Origin: a bacterium
Lineage (GTDB): Bacteria > Patescibacteriota > Minisyncoccia > Phycocordibacterales > Zambryskibacteraceae
DNA length: 64,000 nt
Direction: 5' to 3'
NCBI GenBank assembly: GCA_030649135.1
Contig: JAUSGI010000002.1
Span: 1-64,000, forward strand
Shown here piece by piece: positions 28,064 to 38,143 of this stretch. The first letter of the stretch is position 1; each line of letters starts with the position of its first letter. The notes beneath the pieces are model-generated. The model did not search any database. It was not told the DNA's origin and saw only the letters and a list, made by a program, of their open reading frames with translations. Made by a program: the position numbers and the translations under genes.

Positions 28064-29808
28064 ATTTTACGGTAAATGGCTATATCATCGAATTCGGCCA
28101 CTTTAGTTAGGAATTTGTATTTATCCAAATTCCAGAGAGGGTCACTCTTTTTATCCCAAACAAGATACGCCACTTCGTACTTAGTCCAGAGATTCTTTAA
28201 CCATTCCGCCGCGGGTAGAGAAAGCGTTTTTTTATAGGAAAGAGCAATTTCTCTGATTTTCTCATCGGGAAACGCCTCATGTGAACCAAAAAGCTCCCGA
28301 TAATGAATCCCGTAAGCCTCAAAAGAAACTTTCTCGCGATCCTTGAGAAACGCATCTTCTACTTCTTTACTGTCCACACCAGCAAGCCTATAAAACGAAA
28401 ACATGGTATTAAGCTGACGCGCATAGGTAGCGGATAGGGAGGCAAATGAAGTTGACCGATGGTAAAAAACATTCAGAGGAGTGTAGATAACAGTTATATG
28501 AGAAATCTCGTCATTGGCAAAGACAACAGACTCCTTCTCTGCATTCAGATTGAGCCATTTCATAACCGGCCCATATCTCTGACGCCCAATGAGAACCGTG
28601 CCCCCATCACCCATATCATGAGAATAGGAGTAAGCCTGGACATAAATACCTGTCGTGACACTTGTCACGATAATGAGAACGGCCAAAGCCTTCTTGTAGA
28701 AATCCAGCTTCCAACGAGCAAGCAGGTAGAAAATCACTATGAGCATAAAAATAATAGCCATCGGTTTGTGGAAAAACCAGTGGTAATGCGGCGCTTCAAG
28801 CACTTTGCCCGTGAAAAGCTGTTGATTCAGTGTGACAAAAGGGGTTAAGAGTAAAGCTAAACCAAAAAAATACTTTTCCCTATCCCCTTTCGGGAAACCT
28901 AAGAAAAAAATGATTAGGGCAACAATCACTCCCCAACCAACGAACAAGGGCGCATGGGTTAGAAGTACACCAATATTTGAACTAACTTCATTGTATGCGG
29001 GAAATTGGGTAACTCGGTATAGATTGATAACATAAGGGGTGGCCACCAAAAATGCGCCTAAAAATACGCTGGATATTCTTACCGCCTCTCGCCATTTTTT
29101 CTGGATGAGAAGCAGCAAAACCAAAACGCCGCCAAAAGAATATAGGTACGTCCATGTGTAAAAATAGTTATAAAAATTCAAACCTAAGAGAATGGCGCTA
29201 ATAACACCGTACTGCCACTTCCGTTTGCGATAGAACAACCAAAAGGCGATTAGGAAGGCAAAAAGAAAAAAGTAGATCATAGCGGGATTCACCGGCTTGG
29301 AGAGCCGTAAAAAATTTTCGTAACTAACGCCGTGGAAGAATAACTGAACAAGGCCGGATTTGCTCAAAATAGAATCCGCCAGTAAATTTACTGCCGCACC
29401 GCAAAGGGCGACCAACTTATCTTTAGATAACAAAAAGACAAAGCCGTAAATTAAAAGGAAAACAATAAACGAGAGCACAAACCGAGATAACAAGAAGGTA
29501 TTATTGATATCAAGGGAGAATATTTCCCCCATGTAGGCCACCACCATTGACCCCAGTGGCTGCAGGAGATACGGGTTATCCTTACCATCTTTTTGATAGA
29601 TATTGCCGAAATTGGGGTGTCCATCTTGTACTTCCCGGGCTCGCGCCGACCAGGGAGAATCGGGCAACAACTCTATGCCTTGATAAATACCGTCATTTCT
29701 ATGTTCAAGACGGAAATAAACCTGCGGTGAAGCCGCAATCACGGAGGTAAGTACAGCCAAAGCAATGGCCACCCGATGTTCACGGAGTATTTGTTTAAAC
29801 TGATTCAT
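28060..29808 (-). CDS. GT-C-like polytopic membrane glycosyltransferase candidate; paralog of 40666..42372
   Basis: About 12 TM helices followed by a ~200-aa C-terminal soluble domain. Shares its architecture and the C-terminal motifs FANDEISHITVIYTPL and KYEVAYLVWDKKSDP with the 40666 gene. Confidence 0.5.
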   Translation of the reverse strand: MNQFKQILREHRVAIALAVLTSVIAASPQVYFRLEHRNDGIYQGIELLPDSPWSARAREVQDGHPNFGNIYQKDGKDNPYLLQPLGSMVVAYMGEIFSLDINNTFLLSRFVLSFIVFLLIYGFVFLLSKDKLVALCGAAVNLLADSILSKSGLVQLFFHGVSYENFLRLSKPVNPAMIYFFLFAFLIAFWLFYRKRKWQYGVISAILLGLNFYNYFYTWTYLYSFGGVLVLLLLIQKKWREAVRISSVFLGAFLVATPYVINLYRVTQFPAYNEVSSNIGVLLTHAPLFVGWGVIVALIIFFLGFPKGDREKYFFGLALLLTPFVTLNQQLFTGKVLEAPHYHWFFHKPMAIIFMLIVIFYLLARWKLDFYKKALAVLIIVTSVTTGIYVQAYSYSHDMGDGGTVLIGRQRYGPVMKWLNLNAEKESVVFANDEISHITVIYTPLNVFYHRSTSFASLSATYARQLNTMFSFYRLAGVDSKEVEDAFLKDREKVSFEAYGIHYRELFGSHEAFPDEKIREIALSYKKTLSLPAAEWLKNLWTKYEVAYLVWDKKSDPLWNLDKYKFLTKVAEFDDIAIYRKI

Positions 29809-30415
29809 TTTTAGAGTTTACCATAATAAATGTTGGGGAAAGAAATCCCACCAGCTTTTTAATTTTAAAAAAGAAGAAATTAAGATAGGGAAAGTATCCA
29901 TAAATTTGGTAGCCACTGGCAAGCTTTTTAATACCCCTCAAATCAAAAAACTGTTTGTGGTCAGCATTTTGCAGTTTCTGGGGAGTCCAACCCCATAATT
30001 TAACAACATGATAAAACCAGAAAGCAGAATTGGGGGTAGTGATGATGGCAGTTCCTCCCGTTTTGAGAGTCCGCCCAATCTCTCTAATTAAAAAGTCCGG
30101 TTTGTGCAAATGCTCAATGACGTCGGTACACCAAATTAAGTCGAAATAGTTATTTCCAAAAGGGAGACCATTTTCAAGGTCATGTTTTATAGCTTCTTGG
30201 TATTTGGGCTCAATGTCTAGAGAAATGACCGTATAGCCAAACTCTTTTATTCTCTCCGACCAGTAACCATCTCTGCAACCCATATCGAGAGCGACTAGCC
30301 CCTCCCCAGACTTCGGAATGAGAGACAGAGCAATCATTTTCTCTGCCGCGCCATGTTTATACTCAGCTTGCCCCAGATCGATAGGCAGTTTTTTCAGTAA
30401 AGAGATTAAATTCAT
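29795..30415 (-). CDS. Class I SAM-dependent methyltransferase
   Basis: LVALDMGCRDGYWS motif I; FDLIWCTDVIEHL; LKTGGTAIITTPN. Confidence 0.8.
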   Translation of the reverse strand: MNLISLLKKLPIDLGQAEYKHGAAEKMIALSLIPKSGEGLVALDMGCRDGYWSERIKEFGYTVISLDIEPKYQEAIKHDLENGLPFGNNYFDLIWCTDVIEHLHKPDFLIREIGRTLKTGGTAIITTPNSAFWFYHVVKLWGWTPQKLQNADHKQFFDLRGIKKLASGYQIYGYFPYLNFFFFKIKKLVGFLSPTFIMVNSKNESV

Positions 30416-30426
30416 TTCGGTTTATT

Positions 30427-32106
30427 TTACATCGTTTGATCACTTTTCTCAACGACAAAAATTAGACTCAAACCAAAACCTAGATTAATTTTGTTTTCAA
30501 TATATTTGAACCAAAAATTCAAGACCTTAAAAAAAATGCCCTTTTTATTCTTGCCCCCCCTAATACTTTCAAAATGAGATTCTCTCTTTAAAACTTTATA
30601 CAAAATCCAATAAGGCAGAACTCCAAGCATATTCCAATATCTCACTTTTATTATTTTCAGCCCCAAATCTTCAAGCTCACGCGAAAGCTCTTTTTTGCTA
30701 AAGCGCCTAAAATATCCCATCATCTTATCTCTCGAGCCATATAGCGAAGGGAGTGCCGGAACCACTAAAATCAATCTCCCCTCTTTATTTAGAAGAGAGA
30801 TGGCCTTTATGAGATTTTTTTTGTAGTCTTCAAGGCATTCCAAAACATCAATCATGATAATGTTGTCAAATCTCTTCTGGGAATCATACTGCTCAATAGA
30901 GACTTGATTAATGTCCAATTTACCAAAAAACTTTTCCGATAAATCAACCAATTTTTTATCCGGTTCTATCCCCTTCACCTCTATGTTCTTTTGGAGAGCC
31001 TTGGAAACCAAGAGCCCCAGTCCTGCTCCGATATCAAGAAGATTACCTTTTCTTAAGAAATTTAGAACAAAATCAGCCAGATTATTATTTCTAAAATCCT
31101 CTTCGGGGTTATTAAGATTTGAGTAAAATTCTGTGTGTGTTTTAGCTTGGTAGTCAAAAGTTCTTTTACCAAAAAAATTTCTATACCAAAAAGCCCAAAC
31201 AAAAAACAGGAAAGAAAAAAGGATGATTTGGATATGGAGAATAAAACTCAGGTTGAAAGCATCCTCTATACTGACACTTAAAAGGACGAGTCCACCGGCC
31301 ACCGTTCCCTCAAACGCTCCAAAGTTTCCAATTAGATTGATGGGAATTAAACTGGCTAAAGCCGGGAAGACTCCAATAAACGCCGCCTCTATAAGAGAGA
31401 AATCAAACCCGGCAGAAAGTAATATCACCAAGACAAAGAGTGTGTCTAAAACCCAAACAAAAAGCGAGAGTGTGGCAAGAATAGCTAATCTTTTGAAATT
31501 CTTAATCTGCTCAAGAGCGAGAAAGGTTTCTGCCATAATCCGAGAAAATTTATTTAGGAACGAGTTTTTGAAAGAAAGACCGGAAAAAAATCTACTTAAT
31601 TCATGTCGATAAAAAACAATACCCCAAAGGATGACCACGCCAGATATTAAAATAGACACGATAAAAGTTAATGGGGTTGATGCTAAAAAACTTGGATTCT
31701 GACGAAAAATAAAAAAACCTGATATTAAAAAAAAGGTCAATACTATTAAAAGGTCGAAAACTCTAGCCAGCACGAGCGAAGTTACATTTTCTCCATTCGA
31801 GATATTCTTTTCTTCATTAACCATATAAAGGTACGTTATTTCTCCGGATCTAAAAGGCAATATGTTGTTCCAGAAACTATGTATGGAGACTATACTCAAT
31901 AGTTTTTTTAGGCTAATTTTATTTCTTAGGACAAAACGAAAACGTAAAGTTTTAGCTACCAAATTTAAAATATACAGAAAGAAAGCCAGGACAACTATAA
32001 CGGGATTAATATTTTTAAGAATTTCAAATAAACCACTATCACCACTAAATCGCCATAATAAGTAAGCGACAATAACTGTAGTGGCTGCGGTTGCAATAAT
32101 CTTCAT
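30427..32106 (-). CDS. Fusion protein: N-terminal polytopic membrane domain (UPF0104/flippase-like) plus C-terminal class I SAM methyltransferase
   Basis: Eight or so TM helices in the first ~330 aa; then LLDIGAGLGLLVSKAL, FDNIIMIDVLECLED, LNKEGRLILVVP. Confidence 0.65.
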   Translation of the reverse strand: MKIIATAATTVIVAYLLWRFSGDSGLFEILKNINPVIVVLAFFLYILNLVAKTLRFRFVLRNKISLKKLLSIVSIHSFWNNILPFRSGEITYLYMVNEEKNISNGENVTSLVLARVFDLLIVLTFFLISGFFIFRQNPSFLASTPLTFIVSILISGVVILWGIVFYRHELSRFFSGLSFKNSFLNKFSRIMAETFLALEQIKNFKRLAILATLSLFVWVLDTLFVLVILLSAGFDFSLIEAAFIGVFPALASLIPINLIGNFGAFEGTVAGGLVLLSVSIEDAFNLSFILHIQIILFSFLFFVWAFWYRNFFGKRTFDYQAKTHTEFYSNLNNPEEDFRNNNLADFVLNFLRKGNLLDIGAGLGLLVSKALQKNIEVKGIEPDKKLVDLSEKFFGKLDINQVSIEQYDSQKRFDNIIMIDVLECLEDYKKNLIKAISLLNKEGRLILVVPALPSLYGSRDKMMGYFRRFSKKELSRELEDLGLKIIKVRYWNMLGVLPYWILYKVLKRESHFESIRGGKNKKGIFFKVLNFWFKYIENKINLGFGLSLIFVVEKSDQTM

Positions 32107-33149
32107 AGAGAAATGTGTCTGCCCCGGCTACGCATCGACTCTGAAGCTTTTTCAAGAAGATGGACCACTTGCTCTCCAAAAAATCCATCTGTTACCGGTA
32201 CTTTGTTTGATAAAATTAAATCTATAAAAGCAGCGCAGGCAGATTTAAGAGGTTCGTCATCGTAAGAGACGCCCGGAAGCTCATCACCTTTCCCGCCTAA
32301 AAAATCTTCAATACAAGCATCGAGAGCGCGCGATGGGGAATAACTTTCTTCCGTAGGATAGATTCGAGCCGTTCTTCCGGCAAAACTTCCTTCGTAGATA
32401 ATCGTTTTCTCCTTACCTACAATACTGGCTCGGGCAGCCTTAGGAACATGGAGTCCTCGCACAGTCTGGTCTTTCCAAGCCAATTTAATTTCCGAACGAG
32501 TACCATCCTCAAAATGAACCTCCCCCTCAAGAGCCGACGGCGTTTGTGTATCTGGTATTCGTTCAATAATATTCATATGAAGTGAAACAGGTTTTTTGCC
32601 TATCAAAAAAAGCATAGAAGAAAAGGCATGGGGCCCAGAATCCCATAAAACGTCCGGCCCTTGGGGTTTTGCTCGAGCTCCGAGCCACTCAAAACGAGAA
32701 TGATAAATTTCTCCAAGCTTACCTTCATCAATTAGTTTTCGTTTTTCTATAAACACAGCGTCGTGGCAAAAGGTATGGTCGATAAAAATATTTAAGTGTT
32801 TCTTTTTGGCCAGATTATTAAGAAGGACTGCGCCCTTTTTTGTCACAGTCATTGGCTTTTCTATGTAGACATGCTTTCCTGCTTCAAGCACTTGGCGAGC
32901 AATATCAAGATGGGTGGCCGGTGGAGTAACGACAATCACGGCGTCTACCTGATGCTTGGAGTTATCCAGAAGTTCACTTATTTTTGTTGTACCTTTTATG
33001 CCAGAAACCTTCTCAGCCTCACCTAAAAGACCGGGGTCAAGGTCACAAATAACGGTCACTTTGGCCTGGGGTATGGATTGAAATTTATCAATTAGCTTCG
33101 GCCCCCAATACCCTAAACCAACTATTCCTAGATTTACCGTATTTTTCAT
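32103..33149 (-). CDS. Gfo/Idh/MocA-family NAD(P)-dependent sugar oxidoreductase
   Basis: LGIVGLGYWGPKL Rossmann fold; EKP motif (YIEKPMT). Confidence 0.85.
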   Translation of the reverse strand: MKNTVNLGIVGLGYWGPKLIDKFQSIPQAKVTVICDLDPGLLGEAEKVSGIKGTTKISELLDNSKHQVDAVIVVTPPATHLDIARQVLEAGKHVYIEKPMTVTKKGAVLLNNLAKKKHLNIFIDHTFCHDAVFIEKRKLIDEGKLGEIYHSRFEWLGARAKPQGPDVLWDSGPHAFSSMLFLIGKKPVSLHMNIIERIPDTQTPSALEGEVHFEDGTRSEIKLAWKDQTVRGLHVPKAARASIVGKEKTIIYEGSFAGRTARIYPTEESYSPSRALDACIEDFLGGKGDELPGVSYDDEPLKSACAAFIDLILSNKVPVTDGFFGEQVVHLLEKASESMRSRGRHISL

Positions 33150-33153
33150 ACTT

Positions 33154-34056
33154 CTATCTGAAAGTCTTAATAACGAATTTAGGATTCTCTCTGCAATCTA
33201 TAAATCTTCCCAGATTCCAAATGACGCTTAAAAGAGGCAGTATGATAATGATAAGTATGGATGAAGGCCAAAAGCCACCAGTAAGAACACCGCTTATGAG
33301 TAATAACCCAATAAATATTGTAAAGTAAATAGTTTTTTTTCTAATATTCTCAAGAGACTCCTGGTTCCTTTTTCTGATAAAAGGAACCACGAGGATGTCA
33401 TTCATGATAATAAAGATTCTTTCTAGCCCGTAATGAGACTTGCCGGCCAGTCTGACTCTGTCTGGTACTTGTACTTCTGTAAAATCTTTCGGATCAATAT
33501 CATATATTACAGGAGAGAATCTGTTATTAAAACCTTTCGGTGTGTAATAATTTTTTATCACATCAGAACGATAAGCTTTAAGAGTGCACCCTGTATCGTG
33601 AACGGAAAAACCGGTGACCAGCGAAATAAGCTTGTTGGCAACTACCGATGGTATCACGCGATCAATAAGACCGATGCGTTTTTCTCTCCGACCACTGACA
33701 ACTTTGAAGCCGTCATTTATTTTGTTGACTAAAACTGGTATAAAACGCGGGTCATTCTGAATATCGCCATCAATAGTCACAATCACCTTACCTCGAGCTT
33801 TAGAGACGCCGGCGTAAACGGCCCAATTTTCCCCAACATTAAACTCTAAATCACAATAATGAAAATTATTGTCGTCTCTTCCGCGAATTTGCTCTAAAAC
33901 TTTAAGGGTATCATCGTTTGAAAAATCGTTAACAAAAATTATTTCATAGCCCTTGTTATAAACGTCGAGAGATTCCTTTATCTCTTCATATAGCTGCATG
34001 GCATTACCTTCCTCATCATGCATTGGGACTACTACTGATATTTCAAGGTCATTCAT
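33154..34056 (-). CDS. GT2 polyprenol-phosphate glycosyltransferase (DPM1/ArnC/GtrB-like)
   Basis: ISVVVPMHDEE, VNDFSNDDT, IDGDIQNDP (DXD), C-terminal TM helices. Confidence 0.85.
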   Translation of the reverse strand: MNDLEISVVVPMHDEEGNAMQLYEEIKESLDVYNKGYEIIFVNDFSNDDTLKVLEQIRGRDDNNFHYCDLEFNVGENWAVYAGVSKARGKVIVTIDGDIQNDPRFIPVLVNKINDGFKVVSGRREKRIGLIDRVIPSVVANKLISLVTGFSVHDTGCTLKAYRSDVIKNYYTPKGFNNRFSPVIYDIDPKDFTEVQVPDRVRLAGKSHYGLERIFIIMNDILVVPFIRKRNQESLENIRKKTIYFTIFIGLLLISGVLTGGFWPSSILIIIILPLLSVIWNLGRFIDCRENPKFVIKTFR

Positions 34057-34068
34057 TTACACAATAAA

Positions 34069-35172
34069 TTACTGCTTAAAAAAGTCCTTCACGACCGAGA
34101 TAGTATACTCGATCTCCTCTTCAGTCAACTCAGCGAAGACGGGCAGAGCAATATTATCTTTTGAATATTGCTCCGCTCTGGGGAAAGAGCCAGCCGGAAG
34201 CTTGGCATGACTCCACGCTTCTTGAGTATGTAGAGGATATGGGTAGTAGCTCCCATTGCCTATTTCCTTTTCATCCAAATATTTTTTGAAAGCCTCTCTA
34301 TTATTGGCGTAAAATATTCCTTGATGATAGACGGATTCTCCGTTGATAGATTCCGACATGGGAACGAGTGGCAAGTCTTTAAAAGCTTCTTTGTATCTTT
34401 TATAGATATCGACCCTTCTTTTGTTTCTCTCATCAAGAACTTTCAGCCCAAATAATAACCAAGCGGCTTGAATTTCGTCTAGCCGGCTGTTCCAACCATA
34501 GATGGTATGGAGATACTTGCTCTTCTCACCATGGTGAGCCAGCTGTACGATTTTTGAGTACAAATTGCTATCATCGGTAGTAATAGCCCCGGCATCCCCG
34601 ACTGCTCTAAGATTTTTAACCGGACCAAGACTGAAAACGCCAATCTTACCCAGACTACCAACTTTTTTACCATTGATCGATGCCCCTTGAGCTTGAGAAG
34701 CATCTTCAATGACAGGCACCCCGCTCTCTTCGGAAACCTTGAGGATTTCCTCCATTGCCGATGGGACGCCGAGCAGGTGGACCACTAAAATGGCCTTGGT
34801 CTTTTTGTTGATCGCTTTTTTCAATTGCTCCAAATCAGGTCCGTAATCATTTTCACTTTTATCAACTAGAACGGGAGTGGCTCCAATGGCCATGATCGGT
34901 TCGATATCAGCGATGAAAGCATTGGCGTGAGTGATGACTTCATCGCCATGGCCGATATCAAAGGCTTTCAGGCTCAAAAAAATGGCATCCGTACCTGAGG
35001 CCACACCCAAACAATGTTTAACGCCTAAATATTGGGAAAATTTTTCCTCAAAATCTTTTTTATAAGGACCGTTTAAAAGACGCCCGGACAAAATAATGCC
35101 CCGAACTTGTACCAGCCATTCTTCAGCAATTTCTTTATTAAATCTCGTTAAATCCAGCAGTGGTACTTTCAT
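34069..35172 (-). CDS. DegT/DnrJ/EryC1/StrS-family PLP-dependent sugar aminotransferase
   Basis: GVASGTDAIFLSL; EDASQAQGA; SLGPVKNL (active-site Lys). Confidence 0.85.
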   Translation of the reverse strand: MKVPLLDLTRFNKEIAEEWLVQVRGIILSGRLLNGPYKKDFEEKFSQYLGVKHCLGVASGTDAIFLSLKAFDIGHGDEVITHANAFIADIEPIMAIGATPVLVDKSENDYGPDLEQLKKAINKKTKAILVVHLLGVPSAMEEILKVSEESGVPVIEDASQAQGASINGKKVGSLGKIGVFSLGPVKNLRAVGDAGAITTDDSNLYSKIVQLAHHGEKSKYLHTIYGWNSRLDEIQAAWLLFGLKVLDERNKRRVDIYKRYKEAFKDLPLVPMSESINGESVYHQGIFYANNREAFKKYLDEKEIGNGSYYPYPLHTQEAWSHAKLPAGSFPRAEQYSKDNIALPVFAELTEEEIEYTISVVKDFFKQ

Positions 35173-35184
35173 ATTAATTATAGT

Positions 35185-36138
35185 TTACTGCTTATTTCGC
35201 CAATAAGTAATCGCTTTGTTAAGGCCTTCGTCTAATGAATATCGCGCTTGCCACCCCAAAACTTTTTTAGCCTTAGAAGAATCGAGGGAAAGATAATCTT
35301 CAGCTATTGGACGCGTGGGATAATCTGGCGGGAAACGTTCTGCAATAATTTTCCCCTTAAACCCAAGCATGGATTTAATTTTTTTAGCTAGCTCCATCAT
35401 TGTAATGCCAGAGCCATTGCCAAAGTTAAAAGTCCGATTGACTTCTTTTGATCTAAGCAAGGTTAGATACGCATTGACGTGGTCGTCAACATACATCAAA
35501 TCTCTCACTGCTTTCGGGGTGCCGATATAGACATCTTCCCCTGCCAACATTTTAGTAATGAGATACTCGACGATGAAACCTGCATTATGTTTTCTGCCGT
35601 AGGTATTGCATGGACGGAGAATTATATACGGTAAACCAAAAACTTTGCTAACCATTTCTAGATAGTATTCGCAAGCCGCCTTGGAGACCGCATAAGGGCT
35701 ACCGGGATGCAATAAAATATTTTCTTTAAAAGGTCTCTTCTCCTTCTGGAAACCATATGTCTCCATGGTCGAGGCAAAAATAAATTTCTTTAATCTCGGA
35801 AGGTTAAGAGCAGCATGTATTAGATTAATAGTGCCAAGGTAATTTGCCTCATTAAATTCATGTGGCATCTCAAAAGAGTCGCGTACGGCAGTTTGGGCGC
35901 CGATATGCAAGATATAATCTGGCGCAAATTTTTTAACTACATTTTGTAGGGCATAATAATCAGTAAGGTTGGCCCTTAAAAGCGTTACCTTGTGAGCAAT
36001 ATCGGCAATTGGATCAAGGTCGTTCTTATTCGATGAAATACGGACTAAACCAGCAACTCGATACTTGCTGTCTTTGACTAGCTTACGAGCTAGTTCGCTG
36101 CCAATAAAACCGGTAATGCCAGTAATAAGTATCTTCAT
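35185..36138 (-). CDS. NAD-dependent sugar epimerase/dehydratase (CDP/NDP-hexose branch)
   Basis: ITGITGFIGSEL; YAVSKAACE (YxxxK). Confidence 0.8.
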   Translation of the reverse strand: MKILITGITGFIGSELARKLVKDSKYRVAGLVRISSNKNDLDPIADIAHKVTLLRANLTDYYALQNVVKKFAPDYILHIGAQTAVRDSFEMPHEFNEANYLGTINLIHAALNLPRLKKFIFASTMETYGFQKEKRPFKENILLHPGSPYAVSKAACEYYLEMVSKVFGLPYIILRPCNTYGRKHNAGFIVEYLITKMLAGEDVYIGTPKAVRDLMYVDDHVNAYLTLLRSKEVNRTFNFGNGSGITMMELAKKIKSMLGFKGKIIAERFPPDYPTRPIAEDYLSLDSSKAKKVLGWQARYSLDEGLNKAITYWRNKQ

Positions 36139-36139
36139 A

Positions 36140-36844
36140 CTAAGTTTGTCTATGGTTCTTTAGTATCTTTTCAGCCTCTTTTAAATCTTTTTGGTCGTTA
36201 ACGGTGGTGAATAAGCCCTTATGCACATAAGACCTAAGTTTGCCCATCTTAGCCAGCTTCTTAAAAGTAGTTCTTTCAATTGACCCGTGCTTTGGTAAAT
36301 ATTTTAAAATTTCTTTATCAAACATATAGATACCAGTGTTCATTAAAACGTCTTCTAAGATTGGTTTCTCGAGAAAATCCTCAATCGAGTGGTCATGACC
36401 GAGTTTAACCACGCCATACGGATGGCGAGTAGGGCAAGTTACAATCGTAGCCACGGGCCTATATTTTTTATGATGTAGCTCTAAATCTCTTAAAGACAGG
36501 TCGGTAAATTGGTCAGAATTCATAGCAAAAAAATATTTTGGCAGATGGATATTCTCCAAAACACTACGGAAGGCATCGCCGGTTTCTTTAGCTCCACTGT
36601 GGTCATTATAAATAATACGAATACCGAAATTCTTGCCATTTCCCAAATGCTTCATCAGAACCTCTTTCTTGTAATCCACGCTTAAGACTAAGCGTTTTAT
36701 TTTATTTTTCCTAAGCCAGATAAGAATCCACTCTATCATGGGCTTATCCAAGACCATCACCATAGTCTTGGGTTTATCTAGTGTGAAGGGAAGCATTCTA
36801 AATCCCTTGCCTCCTGCTAAAATAATGGCGGTTTCTACTTTCAT
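36140..36844 (-). CDS. Sugar-1-phosphate nucleotidyltransferase, most like glucose-1-phosphate cytidylyltransferase (RfbF/DdhA)
   Basis: ILAGGKGFRMLPFT (GGxGTRL variant); NSDQFTD. Confidence 0.7.
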   Translation of the reverse strand: MKVETAIILAGGKGFRMLPFTLDKPKTMVMVLDKPMIEWILIWLRKNKIKRLVLSVDYKKEVLMKHLGNGKNFGIRIIYNDHSGAKETGDAFRSVLENIHLPKYFFAMNSDQFTDLSLRDLELHHKKYRPVATIVTCPTRHPYGVVKLGHDHSIEDFLEKPILEDVLMNTGIYMFDKEILKYLPKHGSIERTTFKKLAKMGKLRSYVHKGLFTTVNDQKDLKEAEKILKNHRQT

Positions 36845-36903
36845 ATTATCTTTAAATGGCCAATTTCTTGCTTAGTATATACTAGTGTACTAATATGTAA
36901 ATT

Positions 36904-38124
36904 ATGAGTAATAGTCAACCTAAAATGAGAGTGCCCTACGGTCTTTCTGTGCATGGTCAAGAAGAGATCGATGCTGTAGTGAAAGTTTTGAGGGGCAATA
37001 CTGCCTTGGGCGACCGTACGAGAGAATTTGAAAAAAAAATAGCAAAAATGTTTGGTAAGAAATACGGGGTCATGGTCAATTCTGGATCATCGGCTAATTT
37101 ACTGGCGTTTGAACTCTTACGTCTACCCAAGGGTAGCGAAGTTATAACTCCCATTCTAACGTGGGCTACTACTGTCGCTCCAATTGTCCAAAAGGGTCTT
37201 GTCCCAGTCTTTGTAGATGTGGACCCGTACACCTTTGTCGCCAATATAAAACAGGTAGAAAAAGCGATTACCAAAAAGACCAGAGCTCTCATGATTCCGT
37301 CTCTCATGGGTAATATTCCTGATATGGAAAAACTGGCCAAACTAGCGAAGAAGTATAGACTTTATTTTATTGAAGACTCGTGCGATACGCTCGGAGGAAA
37401 ATACAAAAGGAGGCCAACGGGAAGTTACTCCCATATCACTACCACTAGTTTCTATGGCTCCCACATTATTAATGGCGCCGGTGGGGGTGGCATGATTTGC
37501 GTAAGCAACCCAGAATGGATGAGGCGCCTTACAGTTCTGCGCCTTTTTGGTAGGCAGTCTTCCCTCTTTGGTGAAAAAGAGAATTCCGAAGCCCTGGAAA
37601 ATCGTTTCAGACAGAAGCTTGGTGGCATACCATACGATAGTAAATATCTCTTTAGTGAACTCGGCTACAACATGATGCCCCTGGAAATCTCTTCCGCCTT
37701 CGCTCTAGAGCAACTAAAGAAACTGCCCAAATTCGCCAAGATGAGAAGTAAAAATTTTGACAATTTATATAAATTTTTTAAGAACTATAAAAAATACTTT
37801 TCCCTTGCTGTTCAGACGTCTCAAACTGAAACCATCTGGCTAGCCTTTCCTCTCGTCATTAATAATGGAGCACCTTTTACGCGTATGGAGCTGGTCACCT
37901 TTCTAGAGACAAACAATATACAAACAAGACCTATATTTACCGGGAATATTTTAAGACAACCAGGATTTAAAAATATCTCTCATCGCCTAGCGCAAAAAAG
38001 CTATCCTAATACGGAACACGTCATGCGTAATGGCTTAGTCATAGGTAGTCATCATGGTTTGAGTCCACGGCAAATTGCCTATTTAAAAGAAAAATTTGTG
38101 GAATTTTTGTCTGATTACAAATAA
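36904..38124 (+). CDS. CDP-6-deoxy-D-xylo-4-hexulose-3-dehydrase-like (RfbH/DdhC, E1), a DegT-family dehydrase
   Basis: NSGSSANLLAF replaces the aminotransferase lysine region, as in RfbH. It sits beside a cytidylyltransferase and an SDR. Confidence 0.6.
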   Translation: MSNSQPKMRVPYGLSVHGQEEIDAVVKVLRGNTALGDRTREFEKKIAKMFGKKYGVMVNSGSSANLLAFELLRLPKGSEVITPILTWATTVAPIVQKGLVPVFVDVDPYTFVANIKQVEKAITKKTRALMIPSLMGNIPDMEKLAKLAKKYRLYFIEDSCDTLGGKYKRRPTGSYSHITTTSFYGSHIINGAGGGGMICVSNPEWMRRLTVLRLFGRQSSLFGEKENSEALENRFRQKLGGIPYDSKYLFSELGYNMMPLEISSAFALEQLKKLPKFAKMRSKNFDNLYKFFKNYKKYFSLAVQTSQTETIWLAFPLVINNGAPFTRMELVTFLETNNIQTRPIFTGNILRQPGFKNISHRLAQKSYPNTEHVMRNGLVIGSHHGLSPRQIAYLKEKFVEFLSDYK

Positions 38125-38143
38125 GCCCTATGGATTAAAGGGG

